Source of the DNA: an uncultured delta proteobacterium
Lineage (GTDB): Bacteria > Myxococcota_A > Polyangia > Fen-1088
Length of the DNA: 64,000 nucleotides
Direction of reading: 5' to 3'
NCBI GenBank assembly: GCA_963767925.1
Contig: CAVYGB010000008.1
Coordinates: 2,080,001-2,144,000, forward strand
Shown here: piece after piece, positions 31,685 to 43,349 of the stretch
Layout of the letters: each line of letters opens with the position of its first letter
Numbering within the stretch: the stretch's first letter is position 1
Translations under genes and position numbers: made by a program
The notes under the pieces: generated by a model
What the model saw: the letters and a program-made list of their open reading frames with translations, nothing else
Database searches by the model: none
What the model was told of the DNA's origin: nothing

Positions 31685-34390
31685 TCAGGTCTCTTTCGAC
31701 TCCATCTCGGCGACTGGATCGGGCTGTCGCGCCAGCAGGGCCACGGGGAATCGAGTGAACAGCCGGGCGAGCTCGAGCCTTCCACCGTCATACGACTCGC
31801 CGGTAAGCTGGTTGCACCAGCTTCCGGGTGGCAGCCGGACGTGCGAGCCAGCCCAGTCGCTCCCCAGGCGCAGCGGCCAGCGCGGCACCAGCGTGGCGAC
31901 CTGTCCGCCGCGAAAAAAACCGACCAGGTGATCGGCGCGCGGTCCTTCTGCCGTGAGGGGGAGGTATCCGCCCTCGGGGCCGAAGTCCTCGGACCGCCGG
32001 CTGCGCAGCGCCAGCGCCTGCCTGATCACCCAGAGCTTGGGCAACCCCTCGTCGGTCCGCCCCAGCACCGCCTCGGCGGTGGCGCCCTCGAGCTCGCGCA
32101 GGAGCCGGCGCCGGCGCTCGAAATCCACTGGCCGTCTGTTGTCGGGATCGACGAGGTGCAGATCCCACAGCTCCGTGCCCTGGTAGATGTCCGTCACACC
32201 CGGCGCCGTCAGCTTGATCAGCGTCTGGGCCAGGGCATTCTGGCGCCCGGGTCCCACCAGGGCTGCCACCAACCGCTCCAGGATGGCCACGAACTGCGGG
32301 TCGCCCAGCGTTCCCCGGACGAAGCGGCCCAGGGCGGTTTCATACTCCTGGTCCGGGCGGGTCCAGGAGGTTCGTTCCTTGCGCTGGAGAGCCGCCTTGA
32401 GCAAGTAGGCCTCCGCCCGTTCGGCGTCCAGCGGCCAGGCCCCGACCAACGTCTGGTAGTGGAGGTATTCGATGCCGGCATCGAGCAGGGCCCCGGTGCG
32501 ATGGGACGCCGCCTGCGCCTGGAGCGCTCTCACGGTCTCGGCCCAACGCTCGGGGATCTCGGAAAGCAAGGCAAAGGCGCGCGCGAACGTCCTCGCTCCG
32601 CTTGGTGTCGTGGGTGGAGCTGGCGAGCAACGCACGCGGGTGGCGGGCCAGCCGGGCGGCGCAAGCACGGTGGAAATCCTCGAGGGGAAACCCGAAGCGG
32701 TCGGGAACCCCTCCCACCTCGTTGAGCGCGTACAGACGCCCGAAGGCGTAAGAGGCGGTGTCCTCGACACCCTTGGCCATCACCGGTCCGCTGGCCTGCT
32801 GAAAGCGTGCTGTGCCACCAGGTCCGGCTCCCGTTCGTCGCGCCCGCCGCCGAGGAGGATGCTGGCGAGGAAGTCGAAAAGCGCGCCGTCCAGATCGGGA
32901 CGCTCTTGCTTGGCGGTGGACACCGCCTCGAGCACCACGCGGCGGTCCTGATCGGTCGGGCCGGCATCCCGGGAGCTCACGTAGGTCCGGTAGACGGAGA
33001 AGCTGGCCAGCGCTTCCCGTAAGCACCTCGTGCACCTCGTGCCGAGAGTAGTCCCGGAAGCGCCGGTTGCCCTCGCACACCGCCAGGAACTGGGCCGTCA
33101 AACGGTTGAGGTCGCTGCCCAAGCAGGTCACCGAGAATGAGCCGCTTGCTCGCCCGGGCCAGCGCGTCGAAGCCGACGGACTGACCCGTGAACTCCGTGT
33201 AGAGCCGGGAGAGCGCCCCCTCGGCCGGGGCGAACACGAAGAGCCCCAGGACCTCGTTGAGGAAGTCGTAACCGGTGTTCCCGTCGACCGGCCAGGTCCC
33301 GGGCAAGCACCTCGCCGCGTTCCAGGATCTTCTCCACAAGGATCCAAGGCCCGGGGTGCGATCTGGCGCAACCGTTGCACTTAGGCGCCGGGATCGGCCA
33401 GCCCGTCGATGTGATCGACGCGAACGCCATCGATCACTCCCTCGGCCATCCAGCGCCCGGGCAGGGCGTGGGTAGCCTGGAACACCCGCTCGTCCTCCAC
33501 CCGCAGCCACCAGCGAATTGATGTCGAAAAAGCGCCGGTAGCCCAGGTCTCGCGCCGCCGTACGCCAGTAGGCCAGGCGACAGTTCTGCTGGCCCAGGAA
33601 GGCGTCCAGCGCGTCGGGGTCCAGATTCAGGGCGGTTATCTCCTCGTCGACCGCGGCGGCTACGCTCGGGTTCTCGGCGAGCAGGCGGCCGAGCTGACCG
33701 CGCAACACCTCCTTGTCCCGATGGCGGCGGCGCAGGCTGGCCTCGGCCAGATCGGTGGGCAGCGGCAGATCTGCCAGGGCGTCGGCGACGAAAGCGAGGT
33801 CGGCCGATCCGCAGCGTCGGGCGGCCCGCGCCAGCGGGACGGCCAGCGAGCGCGGCGCGACCGGGACGGTGTGCTCGTGGTACCGGACGGTGAAGCTGCC
33901 TCCGTCACGAATCACGCGAATCTCGCCTGCGTCGATGAGCCGCCCGGCGTGGTCGCCCAGCACGGGAAGCAGCACCTTGTTGCGCAGGCGCTCCTCGGGT
34001 GGCGCCCATTCGACGTCGAAGAAGTGGGCGAACAAGCTGGCCGGGCCGTTTTCCAGGACGTCCCACCACCAGGGGTTGCTTGCGCCGATGGCCATGTGGT
34101 TGGGGACGATGTCGAGCAGCTGGCCGAGCGCGTTTTCACCCAGCCGGCGGCACAGGCGGGCGTGCGCCTCGGGGCCGCCCAGATCGGCGCTCACCTTCTG
34201 CGGATCGACGACGTCGTAGCCGTGGGCGCTCCCCGGCATCGCCTGGAGCACCGGCGAAAGATAGACGTGGCTGCAGCCGAGGTCGCGGAGGTATTCCGCG
34301 ACCGCCGCGGCCTCGTCGAAGCCGAACTCCGCCCGTAGCTGCAAGCGATAGGTCGCCCTTGGCGCTGGTCGCCGGTCGGGCTCGGCTGCG
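31685..34390 (-). pseudogene. treY: Malto-oligosyltrehalose synthase, several frameshifts
   Basis: [69 protein letters not shown] spread over different frames. Confidence 0.9.
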
Positions 34391-34465
34391 TTTCGAGTGG
34401 CGTCCGGCCGATCGTGCGGTTCAGGTGGTCGGATTTGTCACTCCGGGGATGATATCTTGCGAGTG

Positions 34466-34984
34466 ATGTTCAAACGAGTCCTGGTGGCGACCGACTTGCA
34501 GCGCCAGTCGCTGGTCGCCCTGCGCATGGCGAGCGCCCTGTCGCACGCCCACCGGGCCGGTCTGGTGGCCTTGCACGTGATCCCCATGCCCGCCGAGCTG
34601 CGGCGCTGGGGCGACACCCTCTTCCGGAACGAGCTGGCGGCCTACAAGCAGATCGTTGACCGCCAGGCGGCATCGGCCCGCATCGACCTGGAGGCCCAGA
34701 TGAGCCGCCTGGCCCGCAGAGCCAGGCGGCCACTGCACTGTCTGGTGCGGGTGGGAAGTCCCGCGGAGGTCATCGTCGCGACCGCCGACGAGGTCGGCGC
34801 CGACCTCATCATCATGGCCCGAGGGCGAGGCGGAATCCTGGGCCCGAACACCGAGCGACTGGTACGGATGGCAGGCCGGGCCGTGCTGGTGGCCCCCGTG
34901 CGCCTGCCCCCGGGTGCGGCTTCCAGCGAGCGGCTGGCCCCGCCCCGAAAACGCCCCGGCCGCACCCTGGCACCACGCGCCTGA
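34466..34984 (+). CDS. Universal stress protein
   Basis: MFKRVLVATD...ADLIIM...LGPNTERLVR. Confidence 0.85.
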   Translation: MFKRVLVATDLQRQSLVALRMASALSHAHRAGLVALHVIPMPAELRRWGDTLFRNELAAYKQIVDRQAASARIDLEAQMSRLARRARRPLHCLVRVGSPAEVIVATADEVGADLIIMARGRGGILGPNTERLVRMAGRAVLVAPVRLPPGAASSERLAPPRKRPGRTLAPRA

Positions 34985-35001
34985 AAGGAGCGAGCTCGAC
35001 C

Positions 35002-36132
35002 ATGCCCGTCCCGTTCAAACCATCGCCTACCCAGAGCCTCGGGGTGGAGCTCGAGCTCCAGATCCTCGACCCGGATAGCCATGATCTGGTGCCCGAGGCG
35101 GGCCGCCTGCTCGGACGGATCGGGTCCGGACCTTCGATCAAGCCCGAGATATTCCGGTCCATGATCGAGATCTCGACCGGGATCTGCGACACATTCGCCG
35201 AGGTCCAGCACGATCTCGAGAGCGCTTTCGGGACGTTGCGTTCGGTGGCCCGGGATTGCGGCGTGGTTCTGTCCGGCGGCGGCTCGCACCCTTTCGCCCG
35301 TTACCGTGACCGCCTCTCCTTCCCGAGCGAACGCTATGACGCGCTCATGCAGCAAAAGCAGTGGATCGCCCGTCGCCTGCTGATCTTCGGCCTTCACGTG
35401 CATGTGGGTATGCGCGACGGGGACCACGCCATCGCAATGATGAATGCGGTCCTGCCCTTCGGCGCCCACCTGCTGGCGCTGTCGGCGGCTTCGCCGTTCT
35501 GGGATGGCCTCGACACCGGCCTGGCTTCCGCCCGGTCGACCGTGTTCGCGGCCATGCCGACCGCCGGCGTGCCGCCGGCGCTCGGGTCCTGGCAGCAGTT
35601 CGAACAACTTCACGACCGCATGATCGCCACGGGAAGCATCGAATCGATCAAAGACCTCTGGTGGGACGTCCGCCCCCAGCCCGACCTCGGCACCATCGAG
35701 CTGCGGATGTGCGACACGCCGGCTACCCTGGTCGAGACCTTCGCGCTGGTGGCCGTGGTCCAGGCGCTGCTGGCCTGGGCCGACGATCGCTACCGGGCGG
35801 GCGAGCGCTTTCCGGCGCCTGATCCCTGGTGGCTCCGGGAGAACAAGTGGCGAGTCGCCCGATCGGGCCTCCAGGCCGAGATCGTCCTGGAGGATGGCCG
35901 CCGGACCGCCCCCGTGGCCGACGAGATAGCCGGTCTGCTTGCAACTCTCGAGTCCCATGCCCGCCGGCTGGGGGGCGGTCAGGGCCTGCAAACTGCCAGT
36001 GGTATTCTGCGATCTGGCCCGGGCTACATGCGCCAGCGCCGCGTCTTCGAGCGCGAGCGCTCCCTGCCGGCCGTGGCCGCGGCGCTCGTCCGAGAGCTGG
36101 AGCTCAACGCGCCCCTGCCCGGATCCCCTTGA
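35002..36132 (+). CDS. YbdK-family glutamate--cysteine / carboxylate-amine ligase
   Basis: LGVELELQ, FGLHVHVG, WWDVRP, TIELRMCD, ENKWR. Confidence 0.92.
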   Translation: MPVPFKPSPTQSLGVELELQILDPDSHDLVPEAGRLLGRIGSGPSIKPEIFRSMIEISTGICDTFAEVQHDLESAFGTLRSVARDCGVVLSGGGSHPFARYRDRLSFPSERYDALMQQKQWIARRLLIFGLHVHVGMRDGDHAIAMMNAVLPFGAHLLALSAASPFWDGLDTGLASARSTVFAAMPTAGVPPALGSWQQFEQLHDRMIATGSIESIKDLWWDVRPQPDLGTIELRMCDTPATLVETFALVAVVQALLAWADDRYRAGERFPAPDPWWLRENKWRVARSGLQAEIVLEDGRRTAPVADEIAGLLATLESHARRLGGGQGLQTASGILRSGPGYMRQRRVFERERSLPAVAAALVRELELNAPLPGSP

Positions 36133-36312
36133 CGCTGCCTCGGATCGCCCTCCGCGAAGCGGTCGGACCCGGAGCGATGAGATGCCCGCGCCGCACAGCC
36201 GAGCCGGCAAGGAGCGGAGCTTGATACGCCGTGCCAGGATCACCGAAACAACGTGGACGCCATCCCGTGGCTGGTTCCAGGCGATTCGCGAGCCTCACGG
36301 GCGGCGCCGCCT

Positions 36313-39261
36313 TCAAGGCTCACGGCGCGTCCCCCAGACCTCGAGCTCTGCCACCGAGACGAAGCGAGCAACCCCGCCGGGCCGCCCCACGAGCCTGATG
36401 CCGTCTCCCACTGTCGGCTCGAAATCGAATACGAAGGTCTCCCAGGAGGCGCCGTTCGACCCCGCGTAGCCCGGCCGGCTTCGCAGACCGCTGACCGGCA
36501 CCCAGCGGCCGTCTCGTCGCACCTCCACGCTCAAGCTGTCGAAGAACCCTCCGTCCGGAAGCAGCGCGCCCTCCTGGAACACCAGCCGGGCGAAGGTGTA
36601 CACCTCTCTGAATCCATATCCGATGTACCCGTCCTCGCCCAGCGGCGGAGCCATGTTTCGCGTGACGTACTGCTGGGCTGCGCCCCCGGTCTGAGCATCA
36701 GGACGGACTCCGTCGCGAATGACCTCCCGTCCGTCGCGTTCCTCGCCAGTTCGCCCCGACCCATGGACGATGATTTCACGAGCACGCCGTTGCAGCTGCC
36801 TCAAGGGCAACGAGCCGAAGAAGGCTCGGTGTATCGCCTGGTCCGGGCCCACCATCAGACCGTGGCTCTGCCCGCCCCCGTCCGACCAGCGGGAGAAGGG
36901 ATGCGCGATCGCTCCGGACACCTGCGACGGAGCGCTCACCGAGTTGGTGGATCCCACGATGACCGTTCGCGAAAAGGGGGTCCGTTCGAACTCGCCGTTC
37001 CACGCCAGCTGGAGCCCGGCTGGCCGCGAGTCGAGGGTCACCACCGCCGTGCGAGGCCTGAGCACCGTCGACGCGGTCGCCTTCAAGCCGTCCTCGTTCA
37101 CAGCGCTCAGGACCACGACGAGATGCATCGGGTATTCGTGGTCTGGAGCCTGGAACGAGAGGGTTGCCTGTCCGGTAACCGTCAGCATCGGGTGCTCATG
37201 GCAGGCATCCGGGCAGTGCTCGAGGATCACGGACCAGGTCAGCGCTGACTCCGGAAGCACACCACCATCGCCGTCCTCCGCCGCTCCAGACAGCGAAATC
37301 CGATCACCAACCTTCCACGCCAACCGCTCGGCCTGTTCAATCCTGACCGAAGGCAGGGTGTGACCGGGCCACACGGTCTCCTGGACAGTGGCGCTCGCAC
37401 CTTTCGAGTCCGTCACCTTGAGACGCGCGAGGACCGGCCCCCGGCTCCGGTATGTGTAACTCACCCGCCGGCCGTGGCCATCGCCGAACCGGCCGTCGCC
37501 GTCGAGGTCCCAATCGTGTGTCAGTGTCTGGTCGCGGTCCGGGTCGGTCGAGTCCTTGGCGTCGAAGGTGATCGTGAGCGGGAGCGGACCCACCCGCGGG
37601 CTGGCCTGGATCTTCGCCATCGGCGGATGGTTCCCGGCGCCATGTTCGATCCGGCGGATGCTTCCGCCGAGATCGACGTAGTAGAGGTCCCCTTCCGGAC
37701 CGATCTGGAGCTGAACGGGCTGAGCGGCCCCCGCCCAGAATGCCCGGACCGCCTGCGAATCGGGGGAGATCAGCGCGCCACGCGGAAGGACCCATATGCA
37801 GCCACGCGCATAGTCCGAGAAGAAGAGCGCGCCTTCGTACTCCGCCGGGTAAGCCCCCCGCTCGTAAAAGGCCAGGCCCGAGAGCGCCGAACCGTTCTGG
37901 ATGTCGCAGCCATCGCCAGGTACGAGCTCGGTCCAGTGCCGGTAGGACAGGACCGGTGGCGCATGTTCCGACGGGTGAGAATAGAGCTTCGAGCAGATGT
38001 CGAGCCCGGCGGCTTGGTACCCGGGCTGTGGTTCCCGACCCTCGAAACACGGCCATCCAAAATTCGTGACCCGAGCGACGCTCACGTCGCCGATCCGATT
38101 CAGTTCCTCCGAGGAGGTCCACCCCACGTCCCCGATCCATAGCTCCCTGCTGCCGGGGCGGAACGCCATGCGGAACGGATTCCTGAGGCCGGCCGCCACA
38201 ACGGGAGGAGGCCCGGGCGTGTCGTGATGATCGGCCAGGTGGCTGGGCGGATGGGGGTCTATGCGAATGACCTTCCCGGCGAAGGAAGCCGCGAACGGCA
38301 TCGGCGCTGGCGGTGGCGTGACGATCTGGGATCGAAGCGCTCCGCCCATCGCGCCTGGCGGTTTCTGACCGGTGCTCGAGCGATCCGGTGGCTCGCCGAG
38401 CGCGTTGCCGCCGATGTTCCCATAATCCACCTTGTCGAAGCTCGCACCGTCGCCTGCAGACGCGTAGAGCAAGCCGTCGGGACCGAACGCCAAGCTGCCG
38501 ATCGAATGGCTCATGTACTGCTGAAGCCAGTTCTCCACGAGGATGGTCTCGCTCTGCTCGGTCTCCAGCTGGTCCCCGGCCACCGTGAGCCTGACCAGGC
38601 GTCCTGCGACCACGCAGCCTGCCTGCCACTCGTCCGGGCATCCGTCGTGATAGCGAGGAATCGTACCCGCGGCGACCGACTCGCCCAGCCGGCCGTCCAG
38701 CGTGTACAGGGCATAAAGGTAGGGACGCTCGGGAAACCCCGGATCGAGCTCGATATCGAGCAGCCCACGGTCGCCCCCGGCGTGCGTCTGGCGGCGGAGA
38801 TCCGCCACCACGGTCGACGTGGTGTCCGCGAGCGACTCGAATACCTTGATGACCCCCGTCTTTTCCCCAACGAAGACCCGCCCATCCTGGGCGAACCGCA
38901 GGGCGGTCGGGTAAGCCAGATCGGTGAAGACGATTTTCTCGACGAACCCGCGCTGCAGGCCCGTCACGGGAGGTCCCCCGCTGGCCTCGCCGACGTCGAC
39001 CGCGCCCACCTCCACCACTGAGCCATCGGCCGACTCGTCGTGCGAAAGAGCACCGTCCGGGTCGGCAACCCGGGCGGTGCCGTCGCTGCAGCCGAGAGCT
39101 CCGACGAGCCAAAGCGATAGAGTCAGTCGCGAAAGCAGAACCTGCCTCTTGCACCGATTCAAGACACCGGTCGGCGACCGCCACTCGGGCGGGTCGGCTC
39201 TGCGCTGATTCGGGGAGCGGTCGAGTGCCTTTGCAATGAAACCATCTCGTTGAACGGCCAT
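36313..39261 (-). CDS. Secreted glucose/sorbosone dehydrogenase-type beta-propeller with PKD domain (start uncertain)
   Basis: RGLLDIELDP, HSIGSLAFGPDG, GLRNPFR, NFGWP, WDLDGDG; lipobox-like ALGC. Confidence 0.88.
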   Translation of the reverse strand: MAVQRDGFIAKALDRSPNQRRADPPEWRSPTGVLNRCKRQVLLSRLTLSLWLVGALGCSDGTARVADPDGALSHDESADGSVVEVGAVDVGEASGGPPVTGLQRGFVEKIVFTDLAYPTALRFAQDGRVFVGEKTGVIKVFESLADTTSTVVADLRRQTHAGGDRGLLDIELDPGFPERPYLYALYTLDGRLGESVAAGTIPRYHDGCPDEWQAGCVVAGRLVRLTVAGDQLETEQSETILVENWLQQYMSHSIGSLAFGPDGLLYASAGDGASFDKVDYGNIGGNALGEPPDRSSTGQKPPGAMGGALRSQIVTPPPAPMPFAASFAGKVIRIDPHPPSHLADHHDTPGPPPVVAAGLRNPFRMAFRPGSRELWIGDVGWTSSEELNRIGDVSVARVTNFGWPCFEGREPQPGYQAAGLDICSKLYSHPSEHAPPVLSYRHWTELVPGDGCDIQNGSALSGLAFYERGAYPAEYEGALFFSDYARGCIWVLPRGALISPDSQAVRAFWAGAAQPVQLQIGPEGDLYYVDLGGSIRRIEHGAGNHPPMAKIQASPRVGPLPLTITFDAKDSTDPDRDQTLTHDWDLDGDGRFGDGHGRRVSYTYRSRGPVLARLKVTDSKGASATVQETVWPGHTLPSVRIEQAERLAWKVGDRISLSGAAEDGDGGVLPESALTWSVILEHCPDACHEHPMLTVTGQATLSFQAPDHEYPMHLVVVLSAVNEDGLKATASTVLRPRTAVVTLDSRPAGLQLAWNGEFERTPFSRTVIVGSTNSVSAPSQVSGAIAHPFSRWSDGGGQSHGLMVGPDQAIHRAFFGSLPLRQLQRRAREIIVHGSGRTGEERDGREVIRDGVRPDAQTGGAAQQYVTRNMAPPLGEDGYIGYGFREVYTFARLVFQEGALLPDGGFFDSLSVEVRRDGRWVPVSGLRSRPGYAGSNGASWETFVFDFEPTVGDGIRLVGRPGGVARFVSVAELEVWGTRREP

Positions 39262-39655
39262 GTGTGAAGGCTCCGCTCGGGTGCATCCACTGTGCCGACG
39301 AGCCGGGGGCTGCGAGCAGCAACAACAAGTTCGACATCTGCAAGACCCTCCCGATTCTCCGAGCAGGTTCAGCGGACTGAGGCAGGGCAGGCGACGGGCT
39401 CTGGAAGGCGCGTCGCAAGCGGAGCAGAAAAGCCCCGCCCCGGAAGGCCGCCGGCTGTCTGGCGATCTGCAGGATGACTCAGGCATAGCGCCACACCGGC
39501 CGAGCCGCATAGCGGGCGTTGCAGGGTCTTCCGCGGAATGGCCAGGTGCACGTTCCGAGATCGATTGGGCCTCCCGGCCAAGGCCCCCTCACGAACTACA
39601 GTCCCATGGGCGGTTTCTGGCCTGGCATCGCCCTTGAGTCTTCAAAGCCCGCTCG

Positions 39656-39988
39656 ATGGACCAGTCGACTCGCGACGACGCGCCGGGGCCGCGTTCCTTC
39701 GGCTCCGAGCGGGCAGGACGGCGCGTGCTGGTGTTCGCGCTCGCGGTGCTCGCGTGCCAGATCATCTTGCCGCTGAGCTACTACCTGCGCGACGACCCGT
39801 ACGACGAGCGCTTCGCGTGGCGCATGTTCTCCGCCGAGCGAATGCACATCTGCAGCACCAAGGCGATCGAGATCGTGGCGGCCGGCGGAGGCAAGCGCGT
39901 GCGGCCGCTCCCGCTCCGAGCCACGCTCCATCAGGCCTGGCTCACCCATATCAAGCGCAACCGCCGGCCCGTCGTCCATGGCTTCCCC
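39656..39988 (+). pseudogene. HTTM-partner membrane protein, truncated by IS3 remnant
   Basis: TM helix then YDERFAWRMFS; frame runs into transposase sequence. Confidence 0.6.
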
Positions 39989-40506
39989 GCAGTTCAAGAC
40001 GCTGAAGTACCGGCCATATTTCCCCGACGCGTTCGATTCATTCAGCATGCACGCGCCTTCCTGCACGACTTCTTCCGCTGGTACAATTTCGAGCACCATC
40101 ACTCAGGCCTGGCACTCTTCACGCCCGCCGACGTGCACATGGGGCACAGGGGGGTAGACGAGGTCATCACCCGCAGGCAAGGCCGCGCTCGATGAGATCT
40201 TCGCCGCCCACCTGGAGCGATTTCCCAACGGCAGTCCAGTCGCCAAACGCCCCCCCGACGCAGCCTGGATCAACCAGCCCCAGACTGTTCCCGCCTCCCA
40301 TAGCGGCAAGCCTGGCGGGGAGAGCGCAGGGGCGGTCAATGTCGGCGCAGTCGCCGAGCACCTTGGCGAGGGGAACATTGACGGCCCCGAGCACTCCCCG
40401 ATGATCGACTCCCACGGGGGCGGGTGCGCGGATCTGCCGCCCCAGGAGGTTGCCCTCAAACCGTAATTTCAAGCACGGGCTGTCTCGTTCTTGTTGACAG
40501 ATTCCG
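39989..40506 (+). mobile_element. 3' remnant of IS3-family element
   Basis: QFKTLKYRP, FFRWYNFEHHHSGL; end TGTCTCGTTCTTGTTGACAGATTCCG resembles end of 9113-9733. Confidence 0.8.
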
Positions 40507-40880
40507 CTTCTTCTTCACGCCGGTGGCTCCGGCGCGGCCATACCTCGTGACACGGGGCCTCCTCTTCCTGCTCGCCTTCGACTGCTGGCTCGGCCTCGCG
40601 GCTCGCGCGGATACTACGACGGCGCCTTCAACGTCGCGCACTTCGTCTGGCTAGACGCGTTCCAGCCGGCACCCAGCCCCGCGGTCTACCTGACGCTCGT
40701 GCTCGGCGCCGGGCTGCTCGCGTTCGTGATGGCGCTCAGCCAGCCGTCGCGCCTCGGGATGGCCATTCTGCTCGCAGCGTACACATACGCTTGGCTGATG
40801 AGCATGCTGGACAACTACCAGCACCATTACCTGATGTCGCTGTTCCTCTTCACGCTCATCTTCGCGCCGCACCGAACTGG
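40507..40880 (+). pseudogene. HTTM-domain membrane protein fragment
   Basis: GFNVAHF, LDNYQHHYL, hydrophobic helices; frameshifted and truncated. Confidence 0.6.
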
Positions 40881-41254
40881 CGTGGGCGCAATGCCTTCGC
40901 TCAGAGCACGCCCGACCAGCGACAGTAGCGCCCCCGGCGAACAAGGCTTGGCAGAGAATACGGGGTGCCGACCTCGGCCGCGATCGCTTCGAGACCAACC
41001 GCTCCCGAGACCAGGACGATGGGAACCAGTTCCAGGCCGCAGTCCCTGAGGAGCAACGCCATCGCCATGCCGGGGCCCCGCAAGATGGGCATCTCCACAT
41101 CGAGCACGACCAGATCGGGCATTCTCTCCCCCAGCCTGGCGAGGCCCACCTCGCCATTGTGCGCAACCCGCACAACGTGCCCGTAGTTCTGCAGCACCTC
41201 AGCCACGACCTCGGCGAGGTTCCGATCATCGTCGACGACAAGAAGATCCGCCAC
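40880..41254 (-). pseudogene. Response regulator, frameshifted near C-terminus
   Basis: LLVVDDD, VVLDVEMP, IVLVSG; KP region out of frame. Confidence 0.7.
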
Positions 41255-41266
41255 GACCGGCGACCC

Positions 41267-42691
41267 TCATTGCGACGCCCCGCGGGCCGGTGCCGGCAGA
41301 TCAAGGCGGGGTTCCCAGACCCGATGTTGTCCTTCCACCGTCGGCAGACAGACCCGGAACGTCGAGCCTCGCTGCGGCGTGCTTTCGACGGTTATCGATC
41401 CGCCGTGCGACTCGACGATACGCCGCGCCACGAAGAGACCCAGGCCCACTCCGGCGATCGACTCCTGCGACGTACCGGTTCGGCGGAAGGGCTCGAAAAG
41501 GTGTCCGATGTCCTCAGGCGAGATCCCGATCCCCTGGTCCGAGACCGACACGATCGCCTGATCCGCCATGGACTCCAGCCTCACGTCCACCCGCCCACCC
41601 CGGGGCGAATACTTGATCGCGTTGCTCACCAGGTTGGTGACCACCTGCTCTATTCGGCCGGGATCACAGCGGCTGGCCACTGACTGGTCCGGACACGAAC
41701 AGACGATCTCGTGAAAGGGCGCGGTGGGCGTGAAGAGATCGACCACCGCACGGGTCAGCTCCCGCAGGTCGCAGACCTCGGGCCGCAACTCGAGCGTACC
41801 CGCTTCGATCCGTGCGGCATCCAGGAAGTCCCAAACCATCCGCTCCAGACGGTCGACCTGCCGCTGCACGCGCGACAGGGTCTGTCGAAGCCGCTCTTCC
41901 GAGGGAAGCGGCCGATCGGGCGAAAGGGAAGCACTCGTGATCTTCAGCGCGCCCAGGGGGGTGCGCAGATCGTGCGCCACGCCGGCCAGATAGGCGAGCT
42001 GGTTCCTGGACTGCCTCGTCACACGGGCTGCCAGCTCATTAAAATGGCGCGCAATCAGCCGCAGCTCCGCGGCTCCACGCTCGGGTGCACGCGCCGCCTT
42101 GTCGCCACGGGTGAACCTCTCCACCGCGGCGCTGAGCTCCACGGCCGGACGAAAGGCGGTCGCTCGCAGCCAGGCCATGACTGCCGAGACGCCGATCAAC
42201 GTGACCACGGAGAGAACAATGCCGAGAGCGTTTGCCCACCGATCCCATCTGGCCGCCTTCTTCCGCTCGACTCGACTCTGGGCGACGTTGATCCGGACGA
42301 GCTGTCGAACTCCTTCGAGCGCGCTCGCGAAGTGCCGCTCCAGAGGCCCATCCCCGACCCTCGCAGAAAAATACCTGTCCACACGACGGCTGGTCTCTTC
42401 GAGCAACTCGCCCTCGCCTCGGCTTCCGACATACTGCCGAGCCTCGATGAGAAGTTGCCGAAGGTCAGCCGCCGGGGCTGCGCGCGAGCTCGCATCTTCT
42501 GCGCGCTCATGCGTCAGCAGAGCCAGCTCCATGCCCTGTCCGACGCGAACGCTGTCGAGTGCCTCGGAAAGCGCGTCTGCCACCTTGTGCAAAGCCGCCG
42601 TCAGCAGGATGAGCGACATCGCCGCCCCTATCACGAAAGCCGCCAGAAGCGTGAAAGCAATCGACAGAACCCGTTTCAACTCCACTATCAA
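41267..42691 (-). CDS. HAMP-domain sensor histidine kinase
   Basis: AHDLRTPL, NLVSNAIKYS, DQGIG, GVGLGL; two TM segments. Confidence 0.93.
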   Translation of the reverse strand: MIVELKRVLSIAFTLLAAFVIGAAMSLILLTAALHKVADALSEALDSVRVGQGMELALLTHERAEDASSRAAPAADLRQLLIEARQYVGSRGEGELLEETSRRVDRYFSARVGDGPLERHFASALEGVRQLVRINVAQSRVERKKAARWDRWANALGIVLSVVTLIGVSAVMAWLRATAFRPAVELSAAVERFTRGDKAARAPERGAAELRLIARHFNELAARVTRQSRNQLAYLAGVAHDLRTPLGALKITSASLSPDRPLPSEERLRQTLSRVQRQVDRLERMVWDFLDAARIEAGTLELRPEVCDLRELTRAVVDLFTPTAPFHEIVCSCPDQSVASRCDPGRIEQVVTNLVSNAIKYSPRGGRVDVRLESMADQAIVSVSDQGIGISPEDIGHLFEPFRRTGTSQESIAGVGLGLFVARRIVESHGGSITVESTPQRGSTFRVCLPTVEGQHRVWEPRLDLPAPARGASQ

Positions 42692-42840
42692 TGCTCCCAG
42701 GGCTCACAGCTCAACAAGCTGATCACCCGACACTCATCCCGGCAAACAATAGCCGGCTCCTTGCCTGACCACCACGAGATCGTACCCTGGAACCGGGCGG
42801 CCGCCGCTACCGGTGCCCCGATCGGCCTTCGCGTCGACCG

Positions 42841-42984
42841 TCAGTCCGCGGTCGTCGCCACGCTGATCAGGAATATCAAGGAAGTCAGATCGAAGACGCG
42901 GCTCGCGCCGCGCTCGCCCCGCTCGAGACGGCAGGCCAACAGGGCCACCGCAACGACGAGGAAAGCCAGAACATAGAGGATCAT
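42841..42984 (-). CDS. 47-aa hydrophobic protein, possibly degenerate DUF1328-like
   Basis: MILYVLAFLVVAVALL...LIFLISV; GAGGTG RBS. Confidence 0.4.
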   Translation of the reverse strand: MILYVLAFLVVAVALLACRLERGERGASRVFDLTSLIFLISVATTAD

Positions 42985-43349
42985 GCGCACCTCACATTCT
43001 TCGTTCCGAGCCTGTCGCCGCAAGCGCATCCCAGTACGCGAATGCCCGTTCCACGACCGACCCCAACTGAGCGGATCGAGTTGGACACCGTGACCGCCAT
43101 CCCGCGGGCAAATCGGGCAGGCGACCATCTCGAGTGGGAGACCCAACCGAGTGGCGCCCGGGCCGTTGCCAGCCCTGCGCCCCGCCATTCGCCCCGTCAC
43201 GGTGCCCAGCTCGATCCGCACGCCCCGTACGACCGCAAGCTTCGTGCCGAGGGGCCGAAGCCGGCCCCGGGCCGTCATGCAGACGTGCAAAACAAACGCT
43301 CCCGGGCAGATCGCACGAGCCTTCAGGAGATCTGCAAAGGACCCCCCGT

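Noticed and set aside
37337..39418. 693-aa ORF overlapping the dehydrogenase
   Set aside because: Alternate-frame low-complexity translation
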